Source of the DNA: Elusimicrobiota bacterium
GTDB lineage: Bacteria; Elusimicrobiota; UBA8919
DNA length: 64,000 nt
Assembly: GCA_041658185.1 (NCBI GenBank)
Contig: JBBAAR010000001.1
Location: 44,405-108,404 of the forward strand
Direction: 5' to 3'
In this document: in pieces, positions 39,911 to 49,930 of the stretch
Layout of the letters: every line of letters starts with the position of its first letter
Position numbering within the stretch: the stretch's first letter is position 1
The notes under the pieces: model-generated
Told to the model about the DNA's origin: nothing
Database searches by the model: none
Seen by the model: only the letters and a program-made list of their open reading frames with translations
Translations under genes and position numbers: made by a program

Positions 39911-40783
39911 TTTCTTTTCTACTTTATCGTTTTGTTTGATATCTTTTCCGTCTACGATTTTTGCTTTTGAATATTTTTCCTTTACCTCGGTTATTTTTAT
40001 CTCGCCGATTTCAGAGTCCTCGCCGCCCAGCGACTCCCCCGTTTCCGGGTCTTTCATTTCCTCGCCTTTTCTTATTACCTTAAAAACATCGTTAACTTTG
40101 ATATCTGCGTTTGTTCCGCCGTTGATAGTTACCGACCCGTCCGCGACTTTGATGATGGCACCTCTCCATCTTCCGCCGAGATTTTTGGTTATCTTTTCAA
40201 CTGCGTCTTCAACGGCGCCTCTGGTTGCCTGTCCGATAAGAGAAGTTGCAAATTCCGGGCTTCCTACTTTAACATCCGTCGGGAACAGGTCTCTGTTGCT
40301 TAAGCCGACTGCTTTCGTACTTTTTTTACACTGGCCTGTCGCGGCAGTGGTTATTTCAGCCGTTGTTGTGTTAATTACTCTGATATCAAGCCCTACCGAT
40401 GCCGTATGGTTTATCACCTGAACGCCAAAAGCGCTGGTTTCGGAAGATTTGAGTCCGTATTCATTAACGCTTCCTATAATCATGTACTCTACACCAAGAA
40501 TCTTGCCGACGGCAGCAGCTGTCTGAGCGGTTATTGTCCCGGACAAACCGAGTTTTTGTTCCTCCATAACTTTATCCAACTCCGCTCTTTCTATTACTTT
40601 GAATTTTTTTGTTTCAACTAATTTTGTGACTAACATATCCGCAGTACCGCCCTCAAGATCATTCAACGACCCACGGTATGCTGTCTTATTCTCAAGTTTC
40701 ATAACAGCAATGCGGGGTAAAGCAGCAAACACCTGCGATGATACAAAAAACGACAAAACTACGGATAACATCACTCTATTCAT
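39908..40783 (-). CDS. CsgG/LpoB-like periplasmic protein
   Basis: Signal peptide. PRIAVMKLENKTAYRG...TADMLVTKLVETKKFKVIERAELDKVMEEQKLGLSG...GKILGVEYMIIGSVNEYG is CsgG-family-like. Confidence 0.65.
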   Translation of the reverse strand: MNRVMLSVVLSFFVSSQVFAALPRIAVMKLENKTAYRGSLNDLEGGTADMLVTKLVETKKFKVIERAELDKVMEEQKLGLSGTITAQTAAAVGKILGVEYMIIGSVNEYGLKSSETSAFGVQVINHTASVGLDIRVINTTTAEITTAATGQCKKSTKAVGLSNRDLFPTDVKVGSPEFATSLIGQATRGAVEDAVEKITKNLGGRWRGAIIKVADGSVTINGGTNADIKVNDVFKVIRKGEEMKDPETGESLGGEDSEIGEIKITEVKEKYSKAKIVDGKDIKQNDKVEKK

Positions 40784-40847
40784 AACTGTTTCCTCCCTGA
40801 AAAATTTTGTGTCGTCCCATCCGAAAAAGTGACAGGTCCTTTTTTTA

Positions 40848-40875
40848 ATTATAGTTTTAATTTATAATTTGTCAA
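40848..40875 (-). promoter_or_regulatory. sigma70-type promoter TTGACA-N16-TATAAT
   Basis: Minus strand: TTGACA at 40875..40870 and TATAAT at 40853..40848, about 65 nt before the ATG at 40783. Confidence 0.6.
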
Positions 40876-40891
40876 GAAAAATTATTTAAAA

Positions 40892-41530
40892 TCATGGTTT
40901 TGGGTTTTTTAAACCGTATTTCTGGAAATCCCCCGTACTATCAAAATCATTCACTGTGCCGGGGTCGTGAACGACGACATATTTCACTTTTTCAGGGTAT
41001 TTTTTAATTATGGCGCGGGCGCCGCCGGCGAGCTTTTCAGTTAAAATTTTTTCAAATATCCCTTTCGGAAATATCGCCGGATGACCTTTGCGGTAATTAA
41101 AACTGGGAAGACAAATTTTGTTTTTGTCTTTTTGGAAGGCGGACAAAAGTTTTTTATATGTTGTTAATTTAACCAGCGGGTGGTCAACTGGCGTAAAAAT
41201 TATACCGGCGCAATTTTCGGGCAGATTTTTTATCGCTAACTTCAAAGATGTCAGTTGCTGCGAATTGTAATTACGGTTGACAAAAACATTTATGGACATT
41301 TGTCCGTTTATTATTTTTTTTTCTTTAAGATATTTTTTAACGAGGTGGGCTTTGTACCCGAGAACGATAACGACATTTTTAATTCCGGATTTTTCAAAAT
41401 TTGAAATGATTGTTTCTATAAATGTTTTTTTGCCGGTTTTAAGGAGCGATTTTACTTTGCCGCCGAGCCGGAGGCCTGAGCCTGCGGCAAGAATGATTCC
41501 CGTTACGGAGAGATTTTGAGAACTATCCAT
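40892..41530 (-). CDS. mocA: molybdenum cofactor cytidylyltransferase (MocA, NTP_transf_3)
   Basis: GIILAAGSGLRLGGKVKSLL nucleotide loop, FTPVDHPLV and RKGHPAIFPKGIF. Confidence 0.8.
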   Translation of the reverse strand: MDSSQNLSVTGIILAAGSGLRLGGKVKSLLKTGKKTFIETIISNFEKSGIKNVVIVLGYKAHLVKKYLKEKKIINGQMSINVFVNRNYNSQQLTSLKLAIKNLPENCAGIIFTPVDHPLVKLTTYKKLLSAFQKDKNKICLPSFNYRKGHPAIFPKGIFEKILTEKLAGGARAIIKKYPEKVKYVVVHDPGTVNDFDSTGDFQKYGLKNPKP

Positions 41531-41534
41531 TAAA

Positions 41535-42410
41535 TCAGTCCTTTACAATTTCATTTAATGCCTGTTCAAATAAAGGACAGATAACTTCTTTTCTATACTC
41601 GGCGGTGGAGCGAAAATCATCTATCGGAGAGGCGAGTTTGCGGATTTCATCTTTGCATTTTTCCGTTAATTCCGGCGAAACCTCGTAACCTGCTAAAATT
41701 TTTGATATGTTTTTTACTTCAATTATCTTAGGTCCTACGGCGCCGAGCGACACGCTGATATAGTCCACTGATTTATTTTTGACGCCGGCAAAAACCGCCA
41801 CGGACGCTTTGGCGATTATATGTGATGAGCGTCCGCCGATTTTTTTAAAAGTTCCGGCGAGGAGGAAACCGTCTTTTGCGCTGATTTTCGGGATAATAAC
41901 TGCTGTAATGAGTTCACCGTTGGCAAGTGTTGTCTTTTTGGGACCTGCAAATACATCTAATATATTAATCAACCGGCTGACTTTTGGATTGGTAATTTCA
42001 ACTTTTGCAAAATGAGCCGCAAGAGGAGGAAGGGCGTCGCCGGCAGGAGAAGCATTGGCAATATTCCCGCCGATAGTCGCCCTGTTTGCTATCTGCGGAG
42101 TCCCCATCACTTTTGCCGCAGCAACCAAATCAGGACAATATTTTTTCAATAATTTGCTTTCTGAAATACTGCTGAAAGTCGTAAATGCGCTGATTTTTAT
42201 ATTTCCCATTTCTTCAACTATGCCGTTCGCTTCGGCGCCTTTCAGCAAAGTGATATCAACAAAACAACTATTTTCGGCATCTACCAGCCCGTCTCTTAAA
42301 TAATTAAATAAATCGGTCCCGCCGGCAAGGAAATAAATTTTCTTATCCTGCGGTATTTTGCTCCATAAATCGGTTAATGAAACCGGCTGAATGTATTGCG
42401 GGTAAATCAT
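41535..42410 (-). CDS. xanthine-dehydrogenase-family FAD-binding subunit, enzyme 2
   Basis: FLAGGTDLFNY and GTPQIANRATIGGNIANASPAGD. I moved the start from 42482 to ATG 42410 (MIYPQY...), which overlaps the upstream stop by 4 nt. Confidence 0.85.
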   Translation of the reverse strand: MIYPQYIQPVSLTDLWSKIPQDKKIYFLAGGTDLFNYLRDGLVDAENSCFVDITLLKGAEANGIVEEMGNIKISAFTTFSSISESKLLKKYCPDLVAAAKVMGTPQIANRATIGGNIANASPAGDALPPLAAHFAKVEITNPKVSRLINILDVFAGPKKTTLANGELITAVIIPKISAKDGFLLAGTFKKIGGRSSHIIAKASVAVFAGVKNKSVDYISVSLGAVGPKIIEVKNISKILAGYEVSPELTEKCKDEIRKLASPIDDFRSTAEYRKEVICPLFEQALNEIVKD

Positions 42411-42907
42411 TTTTTCCCTCTTAAAAATACCGCCGCTTTTTTTACTGCGCTGAATATTTTTGAATAACCGGTGCAGCGGCACAGATTACCGGAAATCGCG
42501 GCGCGTATTTCTTCGGAAGATGGCGTTAAAGTCCTGTCAAGCAAAACCGAAGCTGCAAGTATTATGCCGGGAATGCAGAACCCGCACTGGACGGCGCCTT
42601 CTTCAATAAAAATCTTTTGGAGCGGGTGAAGTTCGCCTTTTTTAGATATGCCGGCAATCGTAATAATGTTTTTGCCTACCGCCTGACCAACCGGAAAGAT
42701 GCAGGAATTTACTATTTTGCCGTCTATAATCACGGTGCAACTGCCGCATTCACCCTGCTCGCAGCCCGCTTTCACTTCAATATGATTAAGGTCTTCGCGC
42801 AATACTTTTAGCAGCGTTTTGAGCGGATTGCAGAACACCGTGACCTTTTCGCCGTTCAAGATAAATGATAAGTCCCTCGCTTCACTCGGGACAAGTTTTT
42901 TTTCCAT
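42407..42907 (-). CDS. xanthine-dehydrogenase-family [2Fe-2S] subunit, enzyme 2
   Basis: CEQGECGSCTVIIDG and CGFCIPGI...CRCTGY. Confidence 0.9.
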   Translation of the reverse strand: MEKKLVPSEARDLSFILNGEKVTVFCNPLKTLLKVLREDLNHIEVKAGCEQGECGSCTVIIDGKIVNSCIFPVGQAVGKNIITIAGISKKGELHPLQKIFIEEGAVQCGFCIPGIILAASVLLDRTLTPSSEEIRAAISGNLCRCTGYSKIFSAVKKAAVFLRGKK

Positions 42908-42911
42908 AATT

Positions 42912-45209
42912 TTATTTTTGTCTTTTTATATCCAGCAGCACTTCGGGCGTTGCGGGTAATTTATTCGTCCGCCACCCCGTGGCATTATAAATTGCATTCG
43001 CTATAGCCGTAGCCGGAGTAATCATCGGCGGCTCGCCGAGCCCTTTTGCGCCGTAAGGACCGTCGTGATACGGTTCTTCAACGATTATCGGAATAATTTC
43101 GGGAATATCGGACGATGTCGGAATTAAATATCCCGCGAAACTCGGATTTATTATTACGCCGTTTTTAAGCACGAGATTTTCCGTTAAAGCATAGCCCATA
43201 CTCTGAATAACGCCGCCTTCAATCTGACCTTCGCAGAGCTGCGGATTTATCGCCTTGCCTATGTCATGCCCGCTGACCAGTTTTTTTACGCTCACCTCGC
43301 CGGTTTCCGTATTAACTTTTACAATTGCCGCAGTCGCCGAATACGAATATGCATAATACGCCTTGCCCTGACCGTTTTCCTGAGAAAAAGTTACATCTTC
43401 GCCGGCGTACCAGCCGTTTGAAGTAAGATTTATTCTTTTACCGTAACATTTTTTGACAACGTCCTGATAACTGACTTTCTTTTTAGGGGCGGCTGATAAA
43501 AAATAATTTTTACCGTCGGATTTAACGACTCCGCTTTTTACATTAAGCATTTCCAGAACCATTTTATCTATTCTTGAACGAATAATTTCCGCTGCGTTTT
43601 TTACGGCATTACCGGACATCAGCGTTGACCTTGATGCGACCGTAGGTCCGCTGTCCGGAACACGGGTGGTATCCGGCTTCATCACCCTTACAAAGTTATA
43701 CGGAGCGCCGAGCGTTTCCGCGGCAATCTGCGAAATAACCGTAAACACGCCCTGTCCGAGTTCAGTGTTGCCGATGGCTATTAAAACGGTGCCGTCTTTT
43801 TGGACCTGGACATAACTTCCCGCGCGGTCTAAATATTTTCCGCCGGCGCCGAGACCCACCCCATAAAAACTTGCCGCAATGCCTATGCCTGTGCGAATCG
43901 TGCCAGTGCGTAATTCCGGAGGCAAATATATTTTATCCCAGTCCGATTTTTTTACGACTTGCCTGACGACTTTCTCCAGTCCGCAGGAACGTGTGATTTT
44001 CTGGCCGGTGGCAGTCCGGGAACCGATTCTCATCATATTGAGCCGTCTCAATTCCAACGGCGAAATGTTCAATTTAACGGCTAATTCGTCAATCAGCGAT
44101 TCATTGGCAAAAGTCACCTGCGGCTGGCCGAAACCGCGGAACGCGCCGCACGGCACTTTATTTGTGGCAGCGCAAATCGCTTCAATTTTAACATTGGGAA
44201 TATTATAGGGACCGGCCGCATGAACGGCGCCGCGCCATAAAACCACCGGACTTAAAGTTGAAAACGCACCACCGTCTAAAATATATCGGACATTAGCCGC
44301 GGTTATTTTTCCTTTTTTATCGGCGCCATATTTTATTTCAATGTAACTGGGATGGCGTTTTGACATTGACTGAAAGTCCTCTTCGCGGGAATAAATAATT
44401 TTTACCGGTTTTTTGGATAAATAAGCCGCAAGTGCGGCGTGCCCCGCAACTATTGAAGGGACGTCCTCTTTACCGCCGAAGCCGCCGCCGGTTGTCACCT
44501 GTACTATCCGCACTTTATTTTGCGGAACATTAAGAATATGAGATATTGCATCGTGGATATAAAACGGACACTGCATAGAACCGTAAATAACAACTCCGCC
44601 TTCCGGCGTAGGATCCGCTATCATCCCCTGCGGCTCAAGGTAAGCATGCACTTGATAGTTAGTGGTATATGTCCCGCCGACTTCAATATAGGCATTCTTA
44701 AACGCCTTTTCCGCATTGCCTCGGACAATATCGTATTTCCTGAAAATATTATCGGTGCCGAAAATTTTAACAGCATCTTTTTTTAACGACTGATGAACAT
44801 CGGTAATAGCCGGCAGTTCCTGGTATGTGACCTCCACTTTTTTGGCGGCAAATTTTGCAATCTCCGGCGTTTTTGCGACGACGAGCGCAATCGGCTGACC
44901 GTGAAATAATACCCTGTCAGAAGCTAATAGCGGATAATCATTTAACACAAACGGGACTTCATTTTTGCCGGGAATATCCTTGTGCGTATAAACCGCTACA
45001 ACACCGTCTATTTTTAAGGCAGGAGCGGAATTTAATGACTTTATATTTCCGTGAGGTACCGTTGAACGGACAGTGGCGCCGTAAAGCATATCGCCGAATT
45101 TATAATCGTCTATGTATTTCGCGATGCCCGTGACCTTTTCAAATACATCGTTTCGGGTTACGGACTTACCTACTGAATGGAAATTATCTTTAGATATGTT
45201 TTTTTTCAT
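42912..45209 (-). CDS. xanthine-dehydrogenase-family molybdopterin-binding subunit, enzyme 2 (most XDH-like active-site signature)
   Basis: GGGFGGKED, CGAFRGFGQPQV and GAKGLGEPP motifs. Confidence 0.9.
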   Translation of the reverse strand: MKKNISKDNFHSVGKSVTRNDVFEKVTGIAKYIDDYKFGDMLYGATVRSTVPHGNIKSLNSAPALKIDGVVAVYTHKDIPGKNEVPFVLNDYPLLASDRVLFHGQPIALVVAKTPEIAKFAAKKVEVTYQELPAITDVHQSLKKDAVKIFGTDNIFRKYDIVRGNAEKAFKNAYIEVGGTYTTNYQVHAYLEPQGMIADPTPEGGVVIYGSMQCPFYIHDAISHILNVPQNKVRIVQVTTGGGFGGKEDVPSIVAGHAALAAYLSKKPVKIIYSREEDFQSMSKRHPSYIEIKYGADKKGKITAANVRYILDGGAFSTLSPVVLWRGAVHAAGPYNIPNVKIEAICAATNKVPCGAFRGFGQPQVTFANESLIDELAVKLNISPLELRRLNMMRIGSRTATGQKITRSCGLEKVVRQVVKKSDWDKIYLPPELRTGTIRTGIGIAASFYGVGLGAGGKYLDRAGSYVQVQKDGTVLIAIGNTELGQGVFTVISQIAAETLGAPYNFVRVMKPDTTRVPDSGPTVASRSTLMSGNAVKNAAEIIRSRIDKMVLEMLNVKSGVVKSDGKNYFLSAAPKKKVSYQDVVKKCYGKRINLTSNGWYAGEDVTFSQENGQGKAYYAYSYSATAAIVKVNTETGEVSVKKLVSGHDIGKAINPQLCEGQIEGGVIQSMGYALTENLVLKNGVIINPSFAGYLIPTSSDIPEIIPIIVEEPYHDGPYGAKGLGEPPMITPATAIANAIYNATGWRTNKLPATPEVLLDIKRQK

Positions 45210-45262
45210 AATCTGACGAGAATGCCGAAATTATCCTTCAGCAATCTTGGGATTTACAATTT

Positions 45263-45727
45263 TTATATTTTTTTAACTTTGACTTTTTTGAATGCTTTGA
45301 ATATGGCATCGTATCCCGTACACCTGCACAGATGACCGCCGAGCGCTATTTTTATGTCATCGTCGGTGGGATTTTGCGTTCTCTTAAACAGGGCTTCGCC
45401 GGCCATAATAAAACCGGGTGTGCAGAAACCGCACTGCACGGCGCCTTCTTCAAGCATTGACTTCTGCAACTCCGTAATACCTGCGTCGGAAACGGCTTCA
45501 ACGGTGATTATTTCGCTGCCGGACGCTTCAACTCCCAAAATGAGACAGGAGCGGACTGGCTTGCCGTTCATAATTACAGTGCAGGCGCCGCATTCGCCGT
45601 TGCCGCAGCCGCACTTCGTGCCGGTGAGTTCAAAGACATCCCGCAGTACTTCAAGTAGCGTCATATTAGGGACGAGCTCGGCAGTTTTTATCTCACCGTT
45701 TAATTTGATTTTTATATTATATTTCAT
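45263..45727 (-). CDS. xanthine-dehydrogenase-family [2Fe-2S] subunit, enzyme 3
   Basis: CGNGECGACTVIMNG and CGFCTPGF...CRCTGY. Confidence 0.9.
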   Translation of the reverse strand: MKYNIKIKLNGEIKTAELVPNMTLLEVLRDVFELTGTKCGCGNGECGACTVIMNGKPVRSCLILGVEASGSEIITVEAVSDAGITELQKSMLEEGAVQCGFCTPGFIMAGEALFKRTQNPTDDDIKIALGGHLCRCTGYDAIFKAFKKVKVKKI

Positions 45728-46593
45728 TAAAACGTTACCCCGAAAATTTTAGAAATTCCGGTTTTCAGAAAATACTCTACCATAAAGCGTTTGTATTCCG
45801 GAGTGGCACGCAGAGATGTTGCCCTCGGATTTATCTCGGAATTTATAACGGCTGCCGCCTGTTTTATCAAATCCAAAGTGATTTTTTTGCCCGACAAAAT
45901 CTCCTCCGCTTTTTTTGACCTGTAGGGCGTGGGCATAACGGTTCCGAATGCCGCACGCACCTGACACTCCCCAATATTTTTTAAATTCACAACCAGAATA
46001 GAGCAATTGACCGATGCCAGGTCCATACCTTTCACTCGCTGTCTCCTCATATAATAACCTGCCGTCAACTGCGGGTAAAAAGGAAGAATTATTTTTGTTA
46101 CTATTTCGCCGCGCGCAAGCACCGTATTGTTGGGACCCGTAACGAATTTATGGAGCGGAATGAGTTTTTTGTTATTATTGCTGGAAACTTCTACCGACGC
46201 ATGAAGTGCTGTAAGAGGCGTAAGTGTCTCGGCGCCGGGCGAGGCGTTTATTATGTTGCCGCCGACGGTAGCCCTGTTCCTTATTTCATAACATCCCATA
46301 ATTTTTGCGGCATAACTTAAAAGCGAGTACGGGCCTTTGAGCAGAGGTGATTCGGCCAGTTCGTTCATAGTCGTAAGCGGACCTATTTCTATGCCTTTGT
46401 CGGTTTTCGCCACGCCGGAAAGCCACTTGATTTTTTTCAAGTCCACAACGACTACGGGTTTTATTTTACCGGAACGGATGTTGACGATGACATCGGTACC
46501 GCCGGCAAGTATGCGGGCGTTTTCATTACGGTTTAACGCCGTGAACGCTTCGTTTAACGTCTGAGGTGCAAAATAATCAAACCGCGAAAACAT
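45727..46593 (-). CDS. xanthine-dehydrogenase-family FAD-binding subunit, enzyme 3
   Basis: ILAGGTDVIVNI and IRNRATVGGNIINASPGAE. Confidence 0.85.
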   Translation of the reverse strand: MFSRFDYFAPQTLNEAFTALNRNENARILAGGTDVIVNIRSGKIKPVVVVDLKKIKWLSGVAKTDKGIEIGPLTTMNELAESPLLKGPYSLLSYAAKIMGCYEIRNRATVGGNIINASPGAETLTPLTALHASVEVSSNNNKKLIPLHKFVTGPNNTVLARGEIVTKIILPFYPQLTAGYYMRRQRVKGMDLASVNCSILVVNLKNIGECQVRAAFGTVMPTPYRSKKAEEILSGKKITLDLIKQAAAVINSEINPRATSLRATPEYKRFMVEYFLKTGISKIFGVTF

Positions 46594-46595
46594 AT

Positions 46596-48878
46596 CTATT
46601 TTTCCTTTAATTTTATAAGCAATTTATCGGCTGTCATAGGCAATTCAAAAAACTCAATGCCTGTTCCGTTGCTTACAGCGTTGCCAACCGCCGACGGTAA
46701 AGCCACAATTGCATGCTCCCCTAAACTCCTGGCGCCGAACGGGCCGCCTGCCTCCGGCGTCTCAACAAAAATTACATCCATCTCGCAATGGAAAATATCT
46801 TCAGGAGTCGGGATTTTATAATCGGTGAAATGGTCGGTTCTCATTTTGCCGGTATCGGAATAAATTATACTTTCGTATATTGCGGAACCCAACCCCTGAA
46901 CCATCGCACCGACAATTTGTCCGCGGGCAAGTTTGGGATTTATGATTTTTCCGGCATCTATCGCAGTTACCATTTTCAGCGGAGTTATAACGCCGGTTTC
47001 CCTGTCAATTTCTATTATAGTCGCCTGGCAGCCGCCGGTCCATTCGCCCACGCATCTGCCCTGTCCGGTTTCCCTGTCTGCTGTCTGGATGTTAGGCATA
47101 AAATAACCGTAGCCGACGACAGGTCCCCCTTCGGTATGCCCGTCCTCAAACATATAACCGTGTATAATCCGCTCTATCGGAATTTTCTTTTTCGGTTTGT
47201 TTTTTACAAAAACTAAGCCCTTTTCATAAACCAGATTTTTCGCAGGCGTCTTAAAAACATAAGCCGCATTTTGTTTTATTTTTTCTATTGCGTCCTCGCA
47301 GGCGGTAACTATCGCATTTCCGACCGACCATGTGCCGCGGGAAGCGACCGTCTGCCACTCGTAAGGAGAGAACTGCGTGTCGGTTTCCCTCGCCATATGT
47401 ATTTTTTCAAACGGGAGCTGCAGTTTTTCCGCGCAAATCTGGCTAAGCACCGTTAATGCGCCCTGCCCGTAGTCAATAGTTCCCATAGAAAGATTGATTG
47501 AACCGTCCGGCGCAAATTTTACTATCGCGCAAGAGGCGGCATTAGTTGTCATAACAGGCGACTTCATAAAACAAGCAAGTCCTTTCGCGATGATTTTATT
47601 TTCTCTGACAACTTTTCTGTCTTTATCAAATTCAATTGCAGCCGCTGCTTTTTTGATGCAGACATCCAGCCGTCCATTGTGTTTTTGTATAATCTGACCT
47701 ATCTGGTTTGTCCCGCCCGGTTTCCAGCAGTTTTTAAGACGAATCTGAACGGGGTCAATGCCAAGTTTTTTTGCGATGATGTCAAGTTGCCGCTCCGTCA
47801 TCCAATTACCCTCGGGATGACCGTACCCGCGGAATGCTCCTACGAAAGGCAGGTTTGTATAAACGCCGTAAGCGTCTATTTTGATATTGTCAATCATATA
47901 GGGCCCGCAAGCGTTCTGACCGCCGCCGCAGACGACAGGCAGGCAGTAATCCGCATATGCGCCGGAGTTAAAATACATCTGTATATCAACCGCAACTATT
48001 TTTCCGTCTTTTTTCACGCCCGTTTTTATTTTCCCGCGCATCCCTCTGCCTAAGAGCGAGCCGTAAAACGCTTCTTCTCGCGATAAAATCAGGCGGACGG
48101 GACGGCCGGGGACGAATTTTGAAATATAAGCGACGAGAGGTTCTATGGTTACGTCCGATTTGCCGCCGAACCCGCCGCCGACATAAGGCACCCGCACCCG
48201 GATTTTGTTGTGAGGCAGTTCAAACATTTTTGCGAGCACTTCCCTGAGGACAAACGGCGATTGACTGGACGCCGTTATCTCTATAAATCCCTCTTTTTTC
48301 CACAAGGCAACGCAGGAATGGGTCTCTAATTGTGTGTGACTTATATGCGGAAGCGAGAAATCGTTGGAAAGTATAAGGTCGCAGTCCTGGAATCCTTTTT
48401 CTACTATACCTTTTTTCAATTTGTAGTGATGAAAAATATTTGTGCCGGCGGCGGAGTGTACGAGCGGCGCATCTTTTTTTACCGCATCATAGACGTCAAA
48501 AACGGCAGGCAGCGGCTCGTATTCAATTTTGACAAGTGAAGCGGAATATGCGGCAATCTCTTCGTCGTCTGCAATAACCGCCGCGACCGGCTCACCGACA
48601 AACCTTACTTTTTTAACTGCAATCGGCGACTGGTCGCCGGTAATTACTTCTATTTTTTTATCGCAGGAGGCGCCTGTAACTATTTTTTTTACACCTGCTA
48701 TTTTTTCCGCGGCAGAAATATCTATTTTTTTTATCCGGGCGTGTGCGTGAGGCGAACGTATAATCTTGGCGGTAAGAAGCCCTGCAAACTTGAAATCCGG
48801 TGTGAACTGCGCTTCGCCGGTCACTTTTTCAAATCCGTCGGAACGCATAATATTTTTACCAACAGTATTAAATTTCAT
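46596..48878 (-). CDS. xanthine-dehydrogenase-family molybdopterin-binding subunit, enzyme 3
   Basis: GGGFGGKSD, VGAFRGYGHPEG and GARSLGEHA motifs. Confidence 0.9.
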   Translation of the reverse strand: MKFNTVGKNIMRSDGFEKVTGEAQFTPDFKFAGLLTAKIIRSPHAHARIKKIDISAAEKIAGVKKIVTGASCDKKIEVITGDQSPIAVKKVRFVGEPVAAVIADDEEIAAYSASLVKIEYEPLPAVFDVYDAVKKDAPLVHSAAGTNIFHHYKLKKGIVEKGFQDCDLILSNDFSLPHISHTQLETHSCVALWKKEGFIEITASSQSPFVLREVLAKMFELPHNKIRVRVPYVGGGFGGKSDVTIEPLVAYISKFVPGRPVRLILSREEAFYGSLLGRGMRGKIKTGVKKDGKIVAVDIQMYFNSGAYADYCLPVVCGGGQNACGPYMIDNIKIDAYGVYTNLPFVGAFRGYGHPEGNWMTERQLDIIAKKLGIDPVQIRLKNCWKPGGTNQIGQIIQKHNGRLDVCIKKAAAAIEFDKDRKVVRENKIIAKGLACFMKSPVMTTNAASCAIVKFAPDGSINLSMGTIDYGQGALTVLSQICAEKLQLPFEKIHMARETDTQFSPYEWQTVASRGTWSVGNAIVTACEDAIEKIKQNAAYVFKTPAKNLVYEKGLVFVKNKPKKKIPIERIIHGYMFEDGHTEGGPVVGYGYFMPNIQTADRETGQGRCVGEWTGGCQATIIEIDRETGVITPLKMVTAIDAGKIINPKLARGQIVGAMVQGLGSAIYESIIYSDTGKMRTDHFTDYKIPTPEDIFHCEMDVIFVETPEAGGPFGARSLGEHAIVALPSAVGNAVSNGTGIEFFELPMTADKLLIKLKEK

Positions 48879-48891
48879 ATTTTATATCTAT

Positions 48892-48919
48892 ATTTTAGAA
48901 AAAAAATATTATTTTGCAA
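48892..48919 (-). promoter_or_regulatory. candidate promoter TTGCAA-N16-TAAAAT, 13 nt before the ATG at 48878 (near-leaderless)
   Basis: Minus strand: TTGCAA at 48919..48914 and TAAAAT at 48897..48892. No SD before the ATG. Confidence 0.45.
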
Positions 48920-48960
48920 GTGGTTTCTGCTGTTTCTAAAAATTTTTATTTGTTTTGAGG

Positions 48961-49046
48961 TTTTTTATTTTCAAGCGAGCGAGCGAAAAGCAAACTTGTT
49001 TGTTTTTCCGAGCGAACGCTGAAAACAAAGAGTTTACTATCCTTTA
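48961..49046 (-). repeat. family-R4 repeat, copy b (follows a KK-stop)
   Basis: See 39819..39910. It begins at the stop codon of the HEAT-repeat gene. Confidence 0.8.
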
Positions 49047-49919
49047 TTTTTTTGGGCTTGCTAACTTTTCTATTGCCTGTTTAACTGCCCCGATAACTTC
49101 CGTATTTTCATCTTCAACCATGACCGCTTTTTTAAGCGGCTCAATTGCCGATTTATCCCCTATCTCTCCGAGTGCTTTTGCAGATTCAGCTCTTACTGTC
49201 GGGTTAACATCAGTAAGATTTTTTATCAAATTCACAACGGCAGATTTAAGTTTCAGCGAGGATACCGATTGAATCGCCGTAAGACGGACGCCTTCGGCTT
49301 CGTCGTTAAGATGCTCAACTATAATTGATTGTACCTCCGGTTTATCGGAAAAAACCATCAGTGTTTTCAATGCCGTAATCCTAACGACAGGACGACCGTC
49401 GGTAAGAAGTTTTTTCAACGAAGGAATGGAAGAGTCGTCCTTAAATTTTGCAAGCGAATTTGCACTATCAATAATCATTCCGCCGTCAGCGTCGTTAAGC
49501 GATTTGAGCAAATGCGGAACTGCCTGTTTATCGCCGATTTCACCGAGTGAAACAGCGGCGCACCGGCGGACCTCTGTATTTTGGTCTTTGAGCAAACTGA
49601 TTAAAGGTAACACAGCATTTTTATTTTTTTCGGTTCCAAGAGAAATTGCGGCGTTTCTTCTTATGAGCCAGTTTGCATCTTTTAGTTTTTGAACATTTGT
49701 CCTTTTGTCGGTTTTCGGTTTTTCGGTTTTAACGGGCGCTGGCGTTTTTTCGGCACGAGCCGGAGCGGTTACATGCCCCGTAGATTTTTTTGCTTCATAT
49801 TTAGGAGACACTTTGGTTACAGCATCTTTTTTCTCTTCTGCGGAAAGGACAGTGAGAAGTAAAAAGTGAAAAGTGAAAAGTAAAACCATAAACTGAGAAA
49901 TCTTCTGTCTGTTTTTCAT
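49044..49919 (-). CDS. secreted HEAT-repeat protein
   Basis: Signal peptide MKNRQKISQFMVLLFTFHFLLLTVLSA. PBS-lyase-type HEAT repeats (WLIRRNAAISLG, TEVRRCAAVSLGEIGD, PTVRAESAKALGEIGD). I moved the start from 49991 to ATG 49919 to remove the overlap with the upstream gene. Confidence 0.65.
   Translation of the reverse strand: MKNRQKISQFMVLLFTFHFLLLTVLSAEEKKDAVTKVSPKYEAKKSTGHVTAPARAEKTPAPVKTEKPKTDKRTNVQKLKDANWLIRRNAAISLGTEKNKNAVLPLISLLKDQNTEVRRCAAVSLGEIGDKQAVPHLLKSLNDADGGMIIDSANSLAKFKDDSSIPSLKKLLTDGRPVVRITALKTLMVFSDKPEVQSIIVEHLNDEAEGVRLTAIQSVSSLKLKSAVVNLIKNLTDVNPTVRAESAKALGEIGDKSAIEPLKKAVMVEDENTEVIGAVKQAIEKLASPKK
49852..49886 (-). repeat. 5 tandem 7-nt units (GTGAGAA GTAAAAA GTGAAAA GTGAAAA GTAAAAC on +) encoding a signal-peptide core
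   Basis: Encodes LLFTFHFLLLT of the HEAT-repeat protein. Confidence 0.85.
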
Positions 49920-49930
49920 ATTGCCTCCAG

